From Acidimicrobiia bacterium (GTDB taxonomy: Bacteria; Actinomycetota; Acidimicrobiia; Spongiisociales; ZC4RG35), in contig OZ242000.1 in assembly GCA_965204615.1 (NCBI GenBank), positions 214,956-278,955 of the forward strand: DNA of 64,000 nt. The letters are read 5' to 3'. This document shows, in pieces, positions 26,896-37,220 of this stretch (position 1 is the stretch's first letter; each line of letters opens with the position of its first letter). The notes below the pieces were generated by a model, which was not told the origin of the DNA, did no database searches, and was given only the letters and a program-made list of their open reading frames with translations. The position numbers were made by a program, and so were the translations under genes.

Positions 26896-28050
26896 GTGAC
26901 TCATCCGATGCTGGCCGCGGCCCGCCACCTCGGGCCGCAGATCCGAGCCAGGTCGGCAGAGATCGAAGCGCTGGGCACGCTGGCGCCGGACCTGGTCGAC
27001 AGCATCCGGCCGACCGGGGCCTTCCGCCAGTGCGTGCCTGACGATCTGGGCGGGCCGGGGGTGACCGCGGCCGAGAGCCTGAGGGTCTTCGAGGAGTTCG
27101 CCTATCACGACGGGTCGGTCGGCTGGTGCGTGGCCATCGCCTCCACGACGTCGGTGCTGGCCTCGTATCTTCCCGATCCGCATGCCGGGGACCTGTTCGG
27201 CGGTCCCGGGGCCATCGGGGGAGGGTTCGTGGTTCCCCGGGGCCGCGCGGTGCCCGTCGACGGCGGCCTGCGGGTCTCGGGACGCTGGCAATGGGGCTCG
27301 GGCGTCAAGCATTGCACCACCATCGGCGGTGGTTGTTTGGTGGTCGGCGCCGACGGGCGGCCCGAACCCCGCCCCGACGGGCTGGCCGCACCCTTCGTGT
27401 TCATGGATCCCGGGGACGTTGAATTCATTGAAACCTGGGACGTCGCCGGCCTGGCCGGCACCGGCTCGGTCGACTTCGAGGCGCGTGACGTCTTCGTTCC
27501 CGAGGGGCGGTGGGTGCAGATGGTCCCGGCGCGGCCGGTGCGGGAAAACGTCTGGTCCCGGTTCTCGTTCTTCGGGCTCCTGGCCTCCGGAGTGGCCGCC
27601 GTGGCGGTGGGCATCGCCCGCCGCTCCATCGACGAGTTGGTGGAACTGGCCGGGGGGAAGAAGCCCCAGGGCAGCACCAGGACCCTGGCCGGTCGGGCGG
27701 CGACCCAGGCGGAGGTCGCCCAGTGCGAGGCGCGGCTGTCTTCGGCATGGACGTTGCTCCTCGACGTGGTGGATCACACCTTCCAGGACGCGCGGGCGGG
27801 ACGGAACTCGACCATCGACCAGAGACGCCGGATCCGGCTGGCGGCGACCCACGCCACCCAGACCGCGGCCGAAGCGGCCGCGTCGATGTTCAGGACCGCG
27901 GGCGGCGCCGCCGTGTATCGCACGAGTCCGATCCAGCGCTGCTTCCGGGACACCGCGGTGGCCGCCCAGCACGCCATGGTGGCGCCGCGGACCATGGAGA
28001 CCCTGGGCCGCATGCGTCTGGGCCTCGACACCGAAACCTCTACTCTGTGA
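26896..28050 (+). CDS. Acyl-CoA dehydrogenase-fold flavin-dependent monooxygenase (HsaA/C2-like)
   Basis: DGSVGWC, SGRWQWGSG, WDVAGLAGTGS, IQRCFRD....QH. Confidence 0.88.
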   Translation: MTHPMLAAARHLGPQIRARSAEIEALGTLAPDLVDSIRPTGAFRQCVPDDLGGPGVTAAESLRVFEEFAYHDGSVGWCVAIASTTSVLASYLPDPHAGDLFGGPGAIGGGFVVPRGRAVPVDGGLRVSGRWQWGSGVKHCTTIGGGCLVVGADGRPEPRPDGLAAPFVFMDPGDVEFIETWDVAGLAGTGSVDFEARDVFVPEGRWVQMVPARPVRENVWSRFSFFGLLASGVAAVAVGIARRSIDELVELAGGKKPQGSTRTLAGRAATQAEVAQCEARLSSAWTLLLDVVDHTFQDARAGRNSTIDQRRRIRLAATHATQTAAEAAASMFRTAGGAAVYRTSPIQRCFRDTAVAAQHAMVAPRTMETLGRMRLGLDTETSTL

Positions 28051-28249
28051 TCGGATAGGCCCTGTCAGGAGGCGACCCTGCTCCGGCATCGCGGATCCTC
28101 CGCGGGCCACTGCGCGCAAAGGGGGGAGCGGCTAGACTCGATTGGCAGCCAGTCCGAGGTTCGATTGTGCGACTCGCCGTAACCTACCCGCCGATCAGAG
28201 GCCTGTTCTTGGAGGTGTGTTGCGGGTCTCCCCACAGGTCGGGCTGTTT

Positions 28250-29140
28250 GTGATCCTCCCGACCATTCCCCAACTGGAGGGGAAGGTGGCGCTGGTGATG
28301 GGGGCGGGCAGGGGACTTGGCTGCGGGATTGCCAAGGCCTTCGGACAAGCCGGCGCCAGGGTCTGCGCGACCGACGTGGATGAGGCGGATATGGCAGCTT
28401 CATTCCAGGGAACCGAGCTGGGTGAAGACCGGTTGCTCCTTCTTCGCCTGGATGTGGCCGACCCGGTGATGGTCACAGACGTCGTGGACCGGGTGGTCGG
28501 AGAATGGGGCCGCCTGGATGTATTGGTTCACGCTGCCGCCATAATGCCGTCGATCGGTCTCGACAACACCTCTCATGAGTTCTGGTGGCATGAACTGCAC
28601 ATTCACCTGGGGGGTCTGTTCAATGGGGCCAAAGCGGTACGTGACGTCATGTGCGCCCAGGGTGGGGGGCACATCGTCTCGGTCGCCAGCCGCGCAAGCT
28701 TCTTCTCGTTTCCCTATGGTGTTGCCTACTGCGTGGGAAAGCACGGGCAGGAGGCCTTTGCCAAGTCCCTGGCGGTCGAGTGGGAGCCGCACAACATAGC
28801 CGTCAACACGATGAGCCCCGGAACCGGCAAGCGAATCAAACCGACCGGGATGACCCTGGCGCAGGCGGAGTCGGTTCCCGAAGAAGTGAGATCGAACTGG
28901 ACTGATCCCGTCGAACTGGGAAGGGCGTTCGTGTGGCTGGCGAGCCAGCCTGCGGACCGGTACACGGGTCTGTGCTTCGACGCGGGAATGGTGGCGGACA
29001 CCGTCGACGCCGAGGGATGGGACTTCGAATTCGCTCCCCGGAAGGTCACGCCGGACCCCGAGGACATGCAGGCCCGATGGGCGTGGCGGCGCCAATGGGA
29101 GAGGGAGGGGCATCGGCAACGACTCGGCGGAGGACGCTGA
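28250..29140 (+). CDS. Short-chain dehydrogenase/reductase (paralog of 25989-26858)
   Basis: GAGRGLGCGIAKAF, YCVGKHGQE, shared C-terminal extension. Confidence 0.9.
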   Translation: MILPTIPQLEGKVALVMGAGRGLGCGIAKAFGQAGARVCATDVDEADMAASFQGTELGEDRLLLLRLDVADPVMVTDVVDRVVGEWGRLDVLVHAAAIMPSIGLDNTSHEFWWHELHIHLGGLFNGAKAVRDVMCAQGGGHIVSVASRASFFSFPYGVAYCVGKHGQEAFAKSLAVEWEPHNIAVNTMSPGTGKRIKPTGMTLAQAESVPEEVRSNWTDPVELGRAFVWLASQPADRYTGLCFDAGMVADTVDAEGWDFEFAPRKVTPDPEDMQARWAWRRQWEREGHRQRLGGGR

Positions 29141-29829
29141 TCGCAGCGCGTCACCCATTGACCCTGGTCACCAGGGAGACGAGGCCTATTTCACTGAGTG
29201 CGGGCCGGTCCTGTCTGCTGTTGCAGGATGTACACGCCCCGTTCGCCGACCCCGAGCATGGATGGTTGGCGCGGCGTGCTGAACAGAAGGTCCTGACCAG
29301 GGAGTTCGACGAGTACTTCGAGTTGCTGGCCATCATCTCAGAGAACATTCCCAGGGTGTTGGGGGCTGCTCGTCGGGTGGGCATTCCCGTGGTCTTTTCC
29401 GGCCTCGGCAACAGCGAAGAAGGTCCTTCGGAGTTTCAGCGGGCAACCGGCTGGTTGTGGGACCTGCAGGGACCGGACGGCAGCTACCCGGAAGCCTGGC
29501 GACCCGAGGGGCGGGAGTTGGTCCTTTCCAAGCCGGGGTGGAGCGCCCTGTCCAATCCGGCCTTCGTGTCGTATCTGGCGGAGAGCCGTCTCGCCAACGT
29601 GGTGGTGATGGGCGCCATGTTGGAGTACGGGATCAGCCAGACCTGCCTGGAACTCGGCGACCGCGGCGTCGCCAGCCTGGTCGTCTCAGACGGGGTGGCG
29701 GCGCTGACCAGGGCCGGCCAGGACTATGTGAGCGGCAACATCGCGCACGGTCTGATAAAGCTCCGCACCACCGGTGAGGTCCTGGGTCTGCTGGATGTGG
29801 TGGAGAAGCGGGGCGCGGTTGTCATCTAG
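29137..29829 (+). CDS. Isochorismatase-family hydrolase lacking the nucleophilic Cys
   Basis: LLLQDVH, LSKPGWSAL, GAMLEYGISQT, VVSDGVA; start uncertain. Confidence 0.78.
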   Translation: MIAARHPLTLVTRETRPISLSAGRSCLLLQDVHAPFADPEHGWLARRAEQKVLTREFDEYFELLAIISENIPRVLGAARRVGIPVVFSGLGNSEEGPSEFQRATGWLWDLQGPDGSYPEAWRPEGRELVLSKPGWSALSNPAFVSYLAESRLANVVVMGAMLEYGISQTCLELGDRGVASLVVSDGVAALTRAGQDYVSGNIAHGLIKLRTTGEVLGLLDVVEKRGAVVI

Positions 29830-29841
29830 CCGACAGATGGT

Positions 29842-30807
29842 GTGCAGGTGATCCAGACCGTTTTGGGTCCGATAGACCCCGACCGGCTCGGAGTTTGCCT
29901 GCCCCATGAGCACCTCTGGTGCGACCAGCGCCTCGGGCCGAGAGCAGACCTGCTGGCTGCCACCCGTCCCCAGAGCACCTACATGCGTCTCGATGACTTC
30001 GACGTGATGGTGTCCGAACTCAGGGCCTATCGCCAGGCCGGGGGACAAGCCTTGGTGGAGGTGACCTGCGACGGATGGGGCAGGGACCTGGATGTGCTGG
30101 CAAGGCTGTCGGAGACCTGCGGGGTGCACATAGTGGCGACGTCGGGGTTCTACATAGAGCCCCACATTCCGGGATTCGTGCACGAGTGGTCCACAGCGCG
30201 CCTTGCCGACCACATGACCAGGGAGATAGAGACCGGAACCGGCGCGGGCAAACGCCGGTGCGGTCTGTTCAAGTCGGCGATCCACCGGGCCAGGGTGGAG
30301 GGTGTGGAGCTGAAGGTGCTGATGGCGGTGGCAGTGGCCCAGAAGCGGACCGGGGCGGTGATCACCACCCACACCACGGGTGACAGGCGCATGGAGGTGC
30401 CGGGGGGCGTGGCGGGAACACAGCAACTGGAGATCCTCACATCGGAGGGGGTGAGTCCCTCCCGACTGATAGTGGGCCACGTGGACGAACGCCCGGACAT
30501 AGACGTCCTATCCGGTCTGGCCGACCAGGGATGCTTCGTGCAATTCGACGTGATCGGCAAGGAGCACTACCTGCTGGACCAGACGAGGGCCGAGTTGGTG
30601 CAGGCATTGATCGCAAGGGGATACGTCGACAACCTGATGCTCTCTCTGGACACCAACCGCACAGAGTCCCTGCGGAGCGGAGGGGGGTCCGGCTACTGCC
30701 GCATATTCGAGGACTTCCTGCCCAGGCTCAGGGCGCTGGGCGTGACCGGCGAGGAGGTTCGGAAGATGATGGTGACCAACCCCGCCAGGGCGCTGGACAT
30801 TGCCTGA
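29842..30807 (+). CDS. Phosphotriesterase-homology (PTE/PHP) metallohydrolase
   Basis: IQTVLGPI, HEHL, GRDLDVL, ATSGFY, TTHT, GHVD, SLD, NPARAL. Confidence 0.93.
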   Translation: MQVIQTVLGPIDPDRLGVCLPHEHLWCDQRLGPRADLLAATRPQSTYMRLDDFDVMVSELRAYRQAGGQALVEVTCDGWGRDLDVLARLSETCGVHIVATSGFYIEPHIPGFVHEWSTARLADHMTREIETGTGAGKRRCGLFKSAIHRARVEGVELKVLMAVAVAQKRTGAVITTHTTGDRRMEVPGGVAGTQQLEILTSEGVSPSRLIVGHVDERPDIDVLSGLADQGCFVQFDVIGKEHYLLDQTRAELVQALIARGYVDNLMLSLDTNRTESLRSGGGSGYCRIFEDFLPRLRALGVTGEEVRKMMVTNPARALDIA

Positions 30808-30918
30808 ACGCTCCTTCTGCGCATCAAACTCCCCGCATGATCACGGCGCCCGCCGACGCCCGACAGGTACACTGAGTCGCGACCAGCAGGACGGCATCGA
30901 GGACTGAGGAGAGCGAGC

Positions 30919-32409
30919 ATGGTTGCCACGAACGCCGATGTCCTCGTCCGGGGAGGACTCCTTGTCTCAGGCCGGGGGATCACCCGCGCCGACATCCTGG
31001 TCGGGGACGGCACGATCAAAGAGATCGGGGACGACCTTTCGGGCCGGAGCGCCAAACGCACCATAGACGCCTCGGGCAAATACGTCCTGCCCGGTGGCCT
31101 GGACTCCCACGCACATCCAATCTTCGGAGAGAAGATGGACACCTACTCGATCTGTGCCGCCTACGGAGGCGTAACCACGGTGGTCCCCTTCATCGGCTCG
31201 GAGACCCACCGCCACGTGATGTTCGGGAATCACTGGGGGGTGAGAAAGTACAACCCGGACATCGTGAAGGGGTTCGTCGAGTACGCAGAAGAGGTCTCCT
31301 ACACCGACTTCGCCATCCACGGGCTGATCACCAAGCGGGACGAGGACGACATCGACAGGGTCATCTCGGATCTGATCGGGATGGGGGTGATCTCCTTCAA
31401 GATGTTCATGGTCTGGAACCCGTGGGCGGGACCGGACTCTCGCACCAATCTCCTGGCCATTCCCGACGATCTGATCATGCGGGTGATGGACCTGGCGGGC
31501 GCCCAGGGGGGGATGGCGATGATCCATGCCGAGAACGGTGTGTGCAAGGCTTACCTGGAGGACAAGTTCAGGTCGGAGGGCAAGGTGTCGGTGCACCACT
31601 ACAACGACGCGGCGCCCAACATCATCGAAGCCGAAGCGGTCCACCGGGCCGCCACCATGGCCACCGTGGCGAACTGCCCGGTCTATCCGGTCCACCTGAG
31701 CACCAGGGAGGTGATCGGCATTCTCGACTATTACAAGGACCGGGGACTCTCCATCTACGGAGAGACCTGCCCGCACTATCTCACCCTCACCAATGACGAT
31801 CTCATCCGGGAGGGATACCTGCTGAAGGTGGCGCCGCCTCTGAGAGACGAAGAGGACCGACAGGCCATGTGGCGGGGTCTGGCGAGCGGAGCGTTGGACG
31901 TGATCGGCAGCGACTACACGGGATACACCCGGGCACTGAAGCTGACCGGGACCCTGGACGGCGAGGCTGAGGAACCTGAGGCGGGGAAGGAGAACATCTT
32001 CGAGATAGGAGCAGGCCTCACCACCCTGGAATTCATGATGCCGGTGGTGTGGACGCACGGCGTGAACGGCGGTCGCATGACCCTGCCCCGGTTCGTGCAG
32101 GTCTTCTGTGAGAACCCGGCCAAGATCTTCGGCATCTACCCCCGCAAGGGAGTCCTCCAACCGGGTTCGGACGCCGACATCGTGGTCTGGGACCCGACCA
32201 TGAGGCATCTGGTGGACGAGGAGCACGGGATCAGCGACTTCTCCACCTTCAAGGGGACCGAACTCCTGGGAATGCCGGTGGTGACCATGGTGCGCGGCAA
32301 CGTGGTCATAGAGGACGGAGAACTGGTCGGAAAGCCCGGCAGGGCGCGGTACATCCCCAGCGATCCCGACGCCGCCGCTTACGCTCCCGGTGGGTCCGAC
32401 ATCACCTAG
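30919..32409 (+). CDS. Dihydropyrimidinase/hydantoinase-like amidohydrolase
   Basis: LPGGLDSHAH, SFKMF, IHAENG, VHLS, GETCPHYL, GSD, NPAKIFGIYPRKG. Confidence 0.92.
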   Translation: MVATNADVLVRGGLLVSGRGITRADILVGDGTIKEIGDDLSGRSAKRTIDASGKYVLPGGLDSHAHPIFGEKMDTYSICAAYGGVTTVVPFIGSETHRHVMFGNHWGVRKYNPDIVKGFVEYAEEVSYTDFAIHGLITKRDEDDIDRVISDLIGMGVISFKMFMVWNPWAGPDSRTNLLAIPDDLIMRVMDLAGAQGGMAMIHAENGVCKAYLEDKFRSEGKVSVHHYNDAAPNIIEAEAVHRAATMATVANCPVYPVHLSTREVIGILDYYKDRGLSIYGETCPHYLTLTNDDLIREGYLLKVAPPLRDEEDRQAMWRGLASGALDVIGSDYTGYTRALKLTGTLDGEAEEPEAGKENIFEIGAGLTTLEFMMPVVWTHGVNGGRMTLPRFVQVFCENPAKIFGIYPRKGVLQPGSDADIVVWDPTMRHLVDEEHGISDFSTFKGTELLGMPVVTMVRGNVVIEDGELVGKPGRARYIPSDPDAAAYAPGGSDIT

Positions 32410-32423
32410 AGGAAATCAGGCCC

Positions 32424-34388
32424 ATGCGCAGAAGAGAACTCATCAGCCTTCTCGGGGGTGAACTGTCGGGGGATCGTGCACTGGAATCCGCGGCCCACAT
32501 GACAAAGTTCTACCGTTCTCCGGGTTCGTCCGGGTACCACCGCGCCACCGACTTCGTGGCCCAACTCCTCAGGGACAACGGCGTGGAACGGGTCTGGGTG
32601 GAGAGGTTCCCGTTGGACGGAGAACATCGACTCCTCACCCAGGCCATGCCCCTTGCCTGGGAGCCGGTCAGCGCCGAGTTGCGGGTGGGATCTGCGAACG
32701 GCAAACTCCTCGTGTCCTACGAGGACTCACCGTCGTGCCTCCCGTGGTGGACGCCGTCGACTCCCGAGGGCGGGATGAGCGTGGAGGTGGTGGACGTGGG
32801 CACCGGTGAGCGGGCCGAAGACTTCCAGAGACGGCAGGTGAGAGGAAAGGCCGTCCTGGTGCGGAGCACCACGATGCCCGACAGCTTCGCCCAAGCGGTG
32901 GCGCTGGCCACCGAGCATGGTGCGGTGGGGGTGATAACCGACACGCTGCTGTACCCCACGGCGCCCTTCCGCACCAGGGAGTCGCTGCCGGATCCCGTGC
33001 AGCTTCTTCGAATGCCCTCCGTCCGTCCGGGACTGTGGGCGATCGCCGTCAACTACCACGCCGCCGAGCACCTCGCCTCGATGGCGCGCCGGGGAACCGC
33101 CATCGTCTGGGTCGACATCCAGGCCAGGACCTTCAAGGGGGAAGCCCAGAACCTGTTCGCAGAGATACCCGGCACCGACCGGGCGGATGAGTTCATTCAC
33201 TTCGTGTGCCATTCGACGGCGGGCACCAAGCCGGGCGCCAACTGCGCCTCGGGCCCGGCGCTGCTGGCTGAGATGGGACGGGTGATCTCCCGCCTCATCT
33301 CCGATGGCAGCATCCCGAGGCCGCGCCGCACCATCAGGTTCCTCGTCAACGTCGAAGGGCACGGGACCAAGCACTATCTCCAGAACCATCGGGAGGAGGC
33401 CGAGAGGGGAATCGTCACGATCGCCCTGGACAGCGTTGGTCACGACCAGAGAAGGAGCAAGGCGGCGTTGCTGTTCTACCACTCCCCGGATTCGGTCCCC
33501 ACTTTCATCAACGACTACTTCGTGTCGCTCATCGATGCGACCCCCAAGGAGACGCGCTGGGTGTTCAGCAATGACAACGAGATCCCGTTCGTGAACTTCC
33601 CGAACCTGCCGTACACGCCCTGGAGTGACAACAAGTACTATCCCGCCTTCGGCATAGCGTCTCCGCTGTTCATGTCCTGGCCCGACCTGTTCTTCCACAC
33701 CGACTATCTGAAGCCCACCATGCTCGACCCGGGGGTCTTCCAGAGGTGCGGGATGGTGATAGCCCTGGCTGCCCTGGAACTGGCCTACGCCGGTCCCCGG
33801 GATGGAGTCAGGATCATGAGGGAGGTGGCGGCGCGCAGCGAAATGAGATTGAGCCGGATCGCGCTGGCGGCCGAGGAGCGCACCCTCAACACCAGAAAGC
33901 GCCTGGAGCATCTGTCCCGGAGGGACAAGAAGGCGGTTGAATCAGCCCTGGTGTTCGCTGACGAAGGTGATCCGGAGGGGAGCCGGCGCCTCGAAGCCAC
34001 CAGTTACAGGATGCAACAGAGAATCCAGGATCGGCTGGACGAGGTGCTGGGTTGGCTGCCTGACTCGGCGCCCGGAGAAGAGTACCCACCGGGGAAGGTG
34101 GTCCCCCGCAGGCTTGTGGAGCGGGACGCTCCCGGTCTCTCGGGTACTCCCTATGAGACCCGGGTACGGATGGCCGGGGAGATGAACGCCCGGGACCCTC
34201 GGATGCGGTATGACTCCCTGCGAATCATCGGTGACGAGATATGGAATCTCACCGACGGACGGCGGAGCGTGAACGACGTGGCCGACGTCATCGCCGCCGA
34301 ATTCAAATTCGACGTGGAACCCCGCCACATCCTGGAATTGTTCGAGGGGCTGTCCAGGGAGGGGTTCATCAGGCTCGAGAGCCGCTAG
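32424..34388 (+). CDS. M28/DUF4910-like aminopeptidase-fold protein with a PA domain and C-terminal winged helix
   Basis: RSPGSSGY, PGANCASG, WSDN, WPDLFFHT, WNLTDGRRSVNDVA; metal ligands look partly degenerate. Confidence 0.75.
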   Translation: MRRRELISLLGGELSGDRALESAAHMTKFYRSPGSSGYHRATDFVAQLLRDNGVERVWVERFPLDGEHRLLTQAMPLAWEPVSAELRVGSANGKLLVSYEDSPSCLPWWTPSTPEGGMSVEVVDVGTGERAEDFQRRQVRGKAVLVRSTTMPDSFAQAVALATEHGAVGVITDTLLYPTAPFRTRESLPDPVQLLRMPSVRPGLWAIAVNYHAAEHLASMARRGTAIVWVDIQARTFKGEAQNLFAEIPGTDRADEFIHFVCHSTAGTKPGANCASGPALLAEMGRVISRLISDGSIPRPRRTIRFLVNVEGHGTKHYLQNHREEAERGIVTIALDSVGHDQRRSKAALLFYHSPDSVPTFINDYFVSLIDATPKETRWVFSNDNEIPFVNFPNLPYTPWSDNKYYPAFGIASPLFMSWPDLFFHTDYLKPTMLDPGVFQRCGMVIALAALELAYAGPRDGVRIMREVAARSEMRLSRIALAAEERTLNTRKRLEHLSRRDKKAVESALVFADEGDPEGSRRLEATSYRMQQRIQDRLDEVLGWLPDSAPGEEYPPGKVVPRRLVERDAPGLSGTPYETRVRMAGEMNARDPRMRYDSLRIIGDEIWNLTDGRRSVNDVADVIAAEFKFDVEPRHILELFEGLSREGFIRLESR

Positions 34389-34401
34389 GCACACTCGCCG
34401 G

Positions 34402-36081
34402 TCAGGTGGCGATGTCCCTCCGGTCGATCGTCATGACGGCCGCCCACCCGGTGACCAGCGTCCCGGCCAGCAGCAGGAAGTAGGTCGGCTCGAACCCCTT
34501 GGCGAGCGGCGGGGCGTCTCCGAAGTACCAGTAGAAGGGAGAGACGACCCGGGCGGTCTCCAGGGCGTCGCCGAGCGAGCCGAGCCCGTTCAGCAGGAAG
34601 GCGGTCATTGCCAGCACCGCGGTGATGCGGACCGCGGGAATCGAGGACCCTCCCATCGCCCAGATCGCCATGGTCAGCCCGCCGAAGAACAGGCCGAGAA
34701 GGCCCAGGCCCGCACCGGCGGCGAGGATGCTGTCAACGCCCAAGTCGGTTTCCCAGGCGATGTTCCCCACCAGCGCGGCAATGGTGATGATCACCACTAC
34801 CACCCCGGTCGAGAACGCCACTCCCAGCGCCTTGCCCGCAATCACCCTCCTGCGGGAGGCGGGAACGGAGAGGACCAGGTCGAAGGCGCCATCGCTTTCC
34901 TCTTTGACCAACGCCATCGAGATTCCCCTGACCACGAACATGATGATGAGGATCGGGCCGATGGCCTGGTAGGTGCGGGAGGAGATGAAGCCGGCCGGTG
35001 TGACTATCGCGGCGGGATCGGACATGCCGAACATTGCGAAGACCTCCCGCGGGAAGGAGGTGACGAGCGCGGCCAGCGCCTCGGCGTCGGCCGCCATGGT
35101 CGGCCAGATCGAGAACATCACCAGCGTCAGCAGTCCCAGACCTCCGCCCCAGCCCCACACCGAGCGCCGACGGTCCCAGATGGTCTTGCGGAACGACCCG
35201 GTCAGAAGCCACGCCGCCCGGACCGACCGGCTCTTGTGCGGACCGACAAGTCGAGGGATCCCGGAGGCGGGCAGCAGCGCTCGCTCGGTGGAGAGGTCAC
35301 GGCGGCCGAACATCAGGGCGGCCATCGTTGTCAGTACCACGGCCGTCGCAGCCAACCACAGCTGTCCCGCACCGATTCCGTCCGTGAGAGGATGGGGATC
35401 CTGGTACCAGGTGAACGGGCTGGCGCGGTCGACGCTCTCCAGCGGTGCGTACAGATCGGAGAAACCGCTGACGAACCAGGCCAGGAACGCCAGCGAACCC
35501 GCCACGCCGCCCGCCATCACGCTGCGACCGGTGAACGTGCCCGCCACCAGCGTCAACGCTGCGAACACGACGCCCAGCAACCACAGGGACACGCCGGCGG
35601 ACACCACCCCGGTCACCGACAGGGACAGGTCGAAGATCGGGTTGACGACCAGGAGAGCCACGGTCAGGATCGCAACCAGCACCAGAGCCGCCAGGGCCAC
35701 TCCACCCGTCTTCTCCAGGAAGACCCGGGTTCGGGATACCGGAGTGGACAGCACCATGTCGATGAAACCGTCCCGTTCCTCCGCCATGACCTCGTTGACA
35801 GCCGCGCTGATGATGAAGAACAGGACGAAGAGGGGAGCGAACAGCGTGAAGAGGTAGGAAGAGAGGAATCCCGCCGCGGTGAGGAAGGTGGCGGAGTCTA
35901 TCCCGAAGGCGGACAGCAGCCCGGTGGGAAGGTTGTTCATGAACTCGGTGAACTCATCGGAGTTGCGCATCACCGTGAACATCACTCCGAGCCAGACCGA
36001 CAGCGCCACGATCGCCAGGCCGAAGCCGGTGACGGCACGCCGGCGGTCGCGGATGGTCTTCCCGAGAGTTGCGGGAATCAT
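34402..36081 (-). CDS. ABC-2 type exporter permease (internally duplicated)
   Basis: Two halves, each with KTI.DRRR, EE.DG..D.VLS.P.SR and SPF.WY. Confidence 0.9.
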   Translation of the reverse strand: MIPATLGKTIRDRRRAVTGFGLAIVALSVWLGVMFTVMRNSDEFTEFMNNLPTGLLSAFGIDSATFLTAAGFLSSYLFTLFAPLFVLFFIISAAVNEVMAEERDGFIDMVLSTPVSRTRVFLEKTGGVALAALVLVAILTVALLVVNPIFDLSLSVTGVVSAGVSLWLLGVVFAALTLVAGTFTGRSVMAGGVAGSLAFLAWFVSGFSDLYAPLESVDRASPFTWYQDPHPLTDGIGAGQLWLAATAVVLTTMAALMFGRRDLSTERALLPASGIPRLVGPHKSRSVRAAWLLTGSFRKTIWDRRRSVWGWGGGLGLLTLVMFSIWPTMAADAEALAALVTSFPREVFAMFGMSDPAAIVTPAGFISSRTYQAIGPILIIMFVVRGISMALVKEESDGAFDLVLSVPASRRRVIAGKALGVAFSTGVVVVIITIAALVGNIAWETDLGVDSILAAGAGLGLLGLFFGGLTMAIWAMGGSSIPAVRITAVLAMTAFLLNGLGSLGDALETARVVSPFYWYFGDAPPLAKGFEPTYFLLLAGTLVTGWAAVMTIDRRDIAT

Positions 36082-36085
36082 CGAC

Positions 36086-37003
36086 TCAACCCGCCGGATC
36101 AGGATGGGTATCGGACCCGTAGTAGGAGAGGAAGACCTCGTCGAGATCCGCTTCTTCGGATGTGACGGTGATCACGTCTCTCGACGAGGCGGCCTCGATG
36201 ACCGCCTTCTGGGCGCCGGCGATGCTCAGCCGCAACAGGGTGCCCCCGTCCAGGAGATCGACCACGGTCACCCCCTCCAGGGAGGAAAACTCGCCGGGGT
36301 CGACCGGTGAACCGAACTTGATGGACAGGTTCGACTGCACCTTCGACCTGAACCCCGAGAGGGTGTCCACGTCTATGAGACGGCCCTGGCGGACTATCCC
36401 CACCCGGTCCGCCACCCGCTCGACTTCGGGAAGGTAATGGGAGGAAAGGAAAACCGTGCGCCCCTCCGCGCGGACCTCGGTCAGCAGCTCGGCGAACTCC
36501 TGTTGCATGAGAGGATCGAGACCCCCGGTGGGCTCGTCGAGGATCAGCAGTTCCGGCTCGTGCATGAAGGCGTTCACCACGCCGACCTTCTGGCGGTTGC
36601 CCTTCGAATACTCCTTGATGCGCCGGTCGAGGTCCAGGTCGAATCTCTCCGCCAGCCTGGTGGTGGCCGCCGCGGTATCGATGCCCCGCAGTCTGCTGAA
36701 GTAGACCAGGAACTCCCGGCCGGTCATGGACGGATACAGAGCCAGGTCGCCCGGCAGGTAGCCGACCCTGCTGCGGATCCCGAGGGAGTCTCCTTCGATG
36801 TCCATCCCGAAGATCGACCCTGAACCATCCGAAGGCTTGAGGAAGTTGAGAAGCAGGCGGATGGTGGTGGTCTTGCCCGCCCCGTTGGGACCGATGAACC
36901 CGAACACCTCTCCCACATCGACCGCCAGGTCCAGGTCGACGATCCCGGCCGTGTCTCCGTAGTACTTGGTGAGACCCGAGGTCTCTATGGCTTTCGACAC
37001 CAT
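36086..37003 (-). CDS. ABC exporter ATP-binding protein
   Basis: GPNGAGKTT, YSKGNRQK, LILDEPT, SSH. Confidence 0.95.
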   Translation of the reverse strand: MVSKAIETSGLTKYYGDTAGIVDLDLAVDVGEVFGFIGPNGAGKTTTIRLLLNFLKPSDGSGSIFGMDIEGDSLGIRSRVGYLPGDLALYPSMTGREFLVYFSRLRGIDTAAATTRLAERFDLDLDRRIKEYSKGNRQKVGVVNAFMHEPELLILDEPTGGLDPLMQQEFAELLTEVRAEGRTVFLSSHYLPEVERVADRVGIVRQGRLIDVDTLSGFRSKVQSNLSIKFGSPVDPGEFSSLEGVTVVDLLDGGTLLRLSIAGAQKAVIEAASSRDVITVTSEEADLDEVFLSYYGSDTHPDPAG

Positions 37004-37220
37004 CGCACCTGCCTTTTTCGCCCGCCGGCCACCGGGTGGCGAGACTGATTCGCCTTCGACGTCTTGTTGCGAACTCTACCCGATCCGGGGTCGGACTCTC
37101 CCCTGACGTGGACGGGAGCGACGCTGCCTCCGGGGCGGGTGCGGTGGATGCGGAAGACCTGGGGGACGCGAAGGGGGAGTGGGGGCCGGTCCGGGCCCCC
37201 TGACGGTATCGTGCTGGTGC

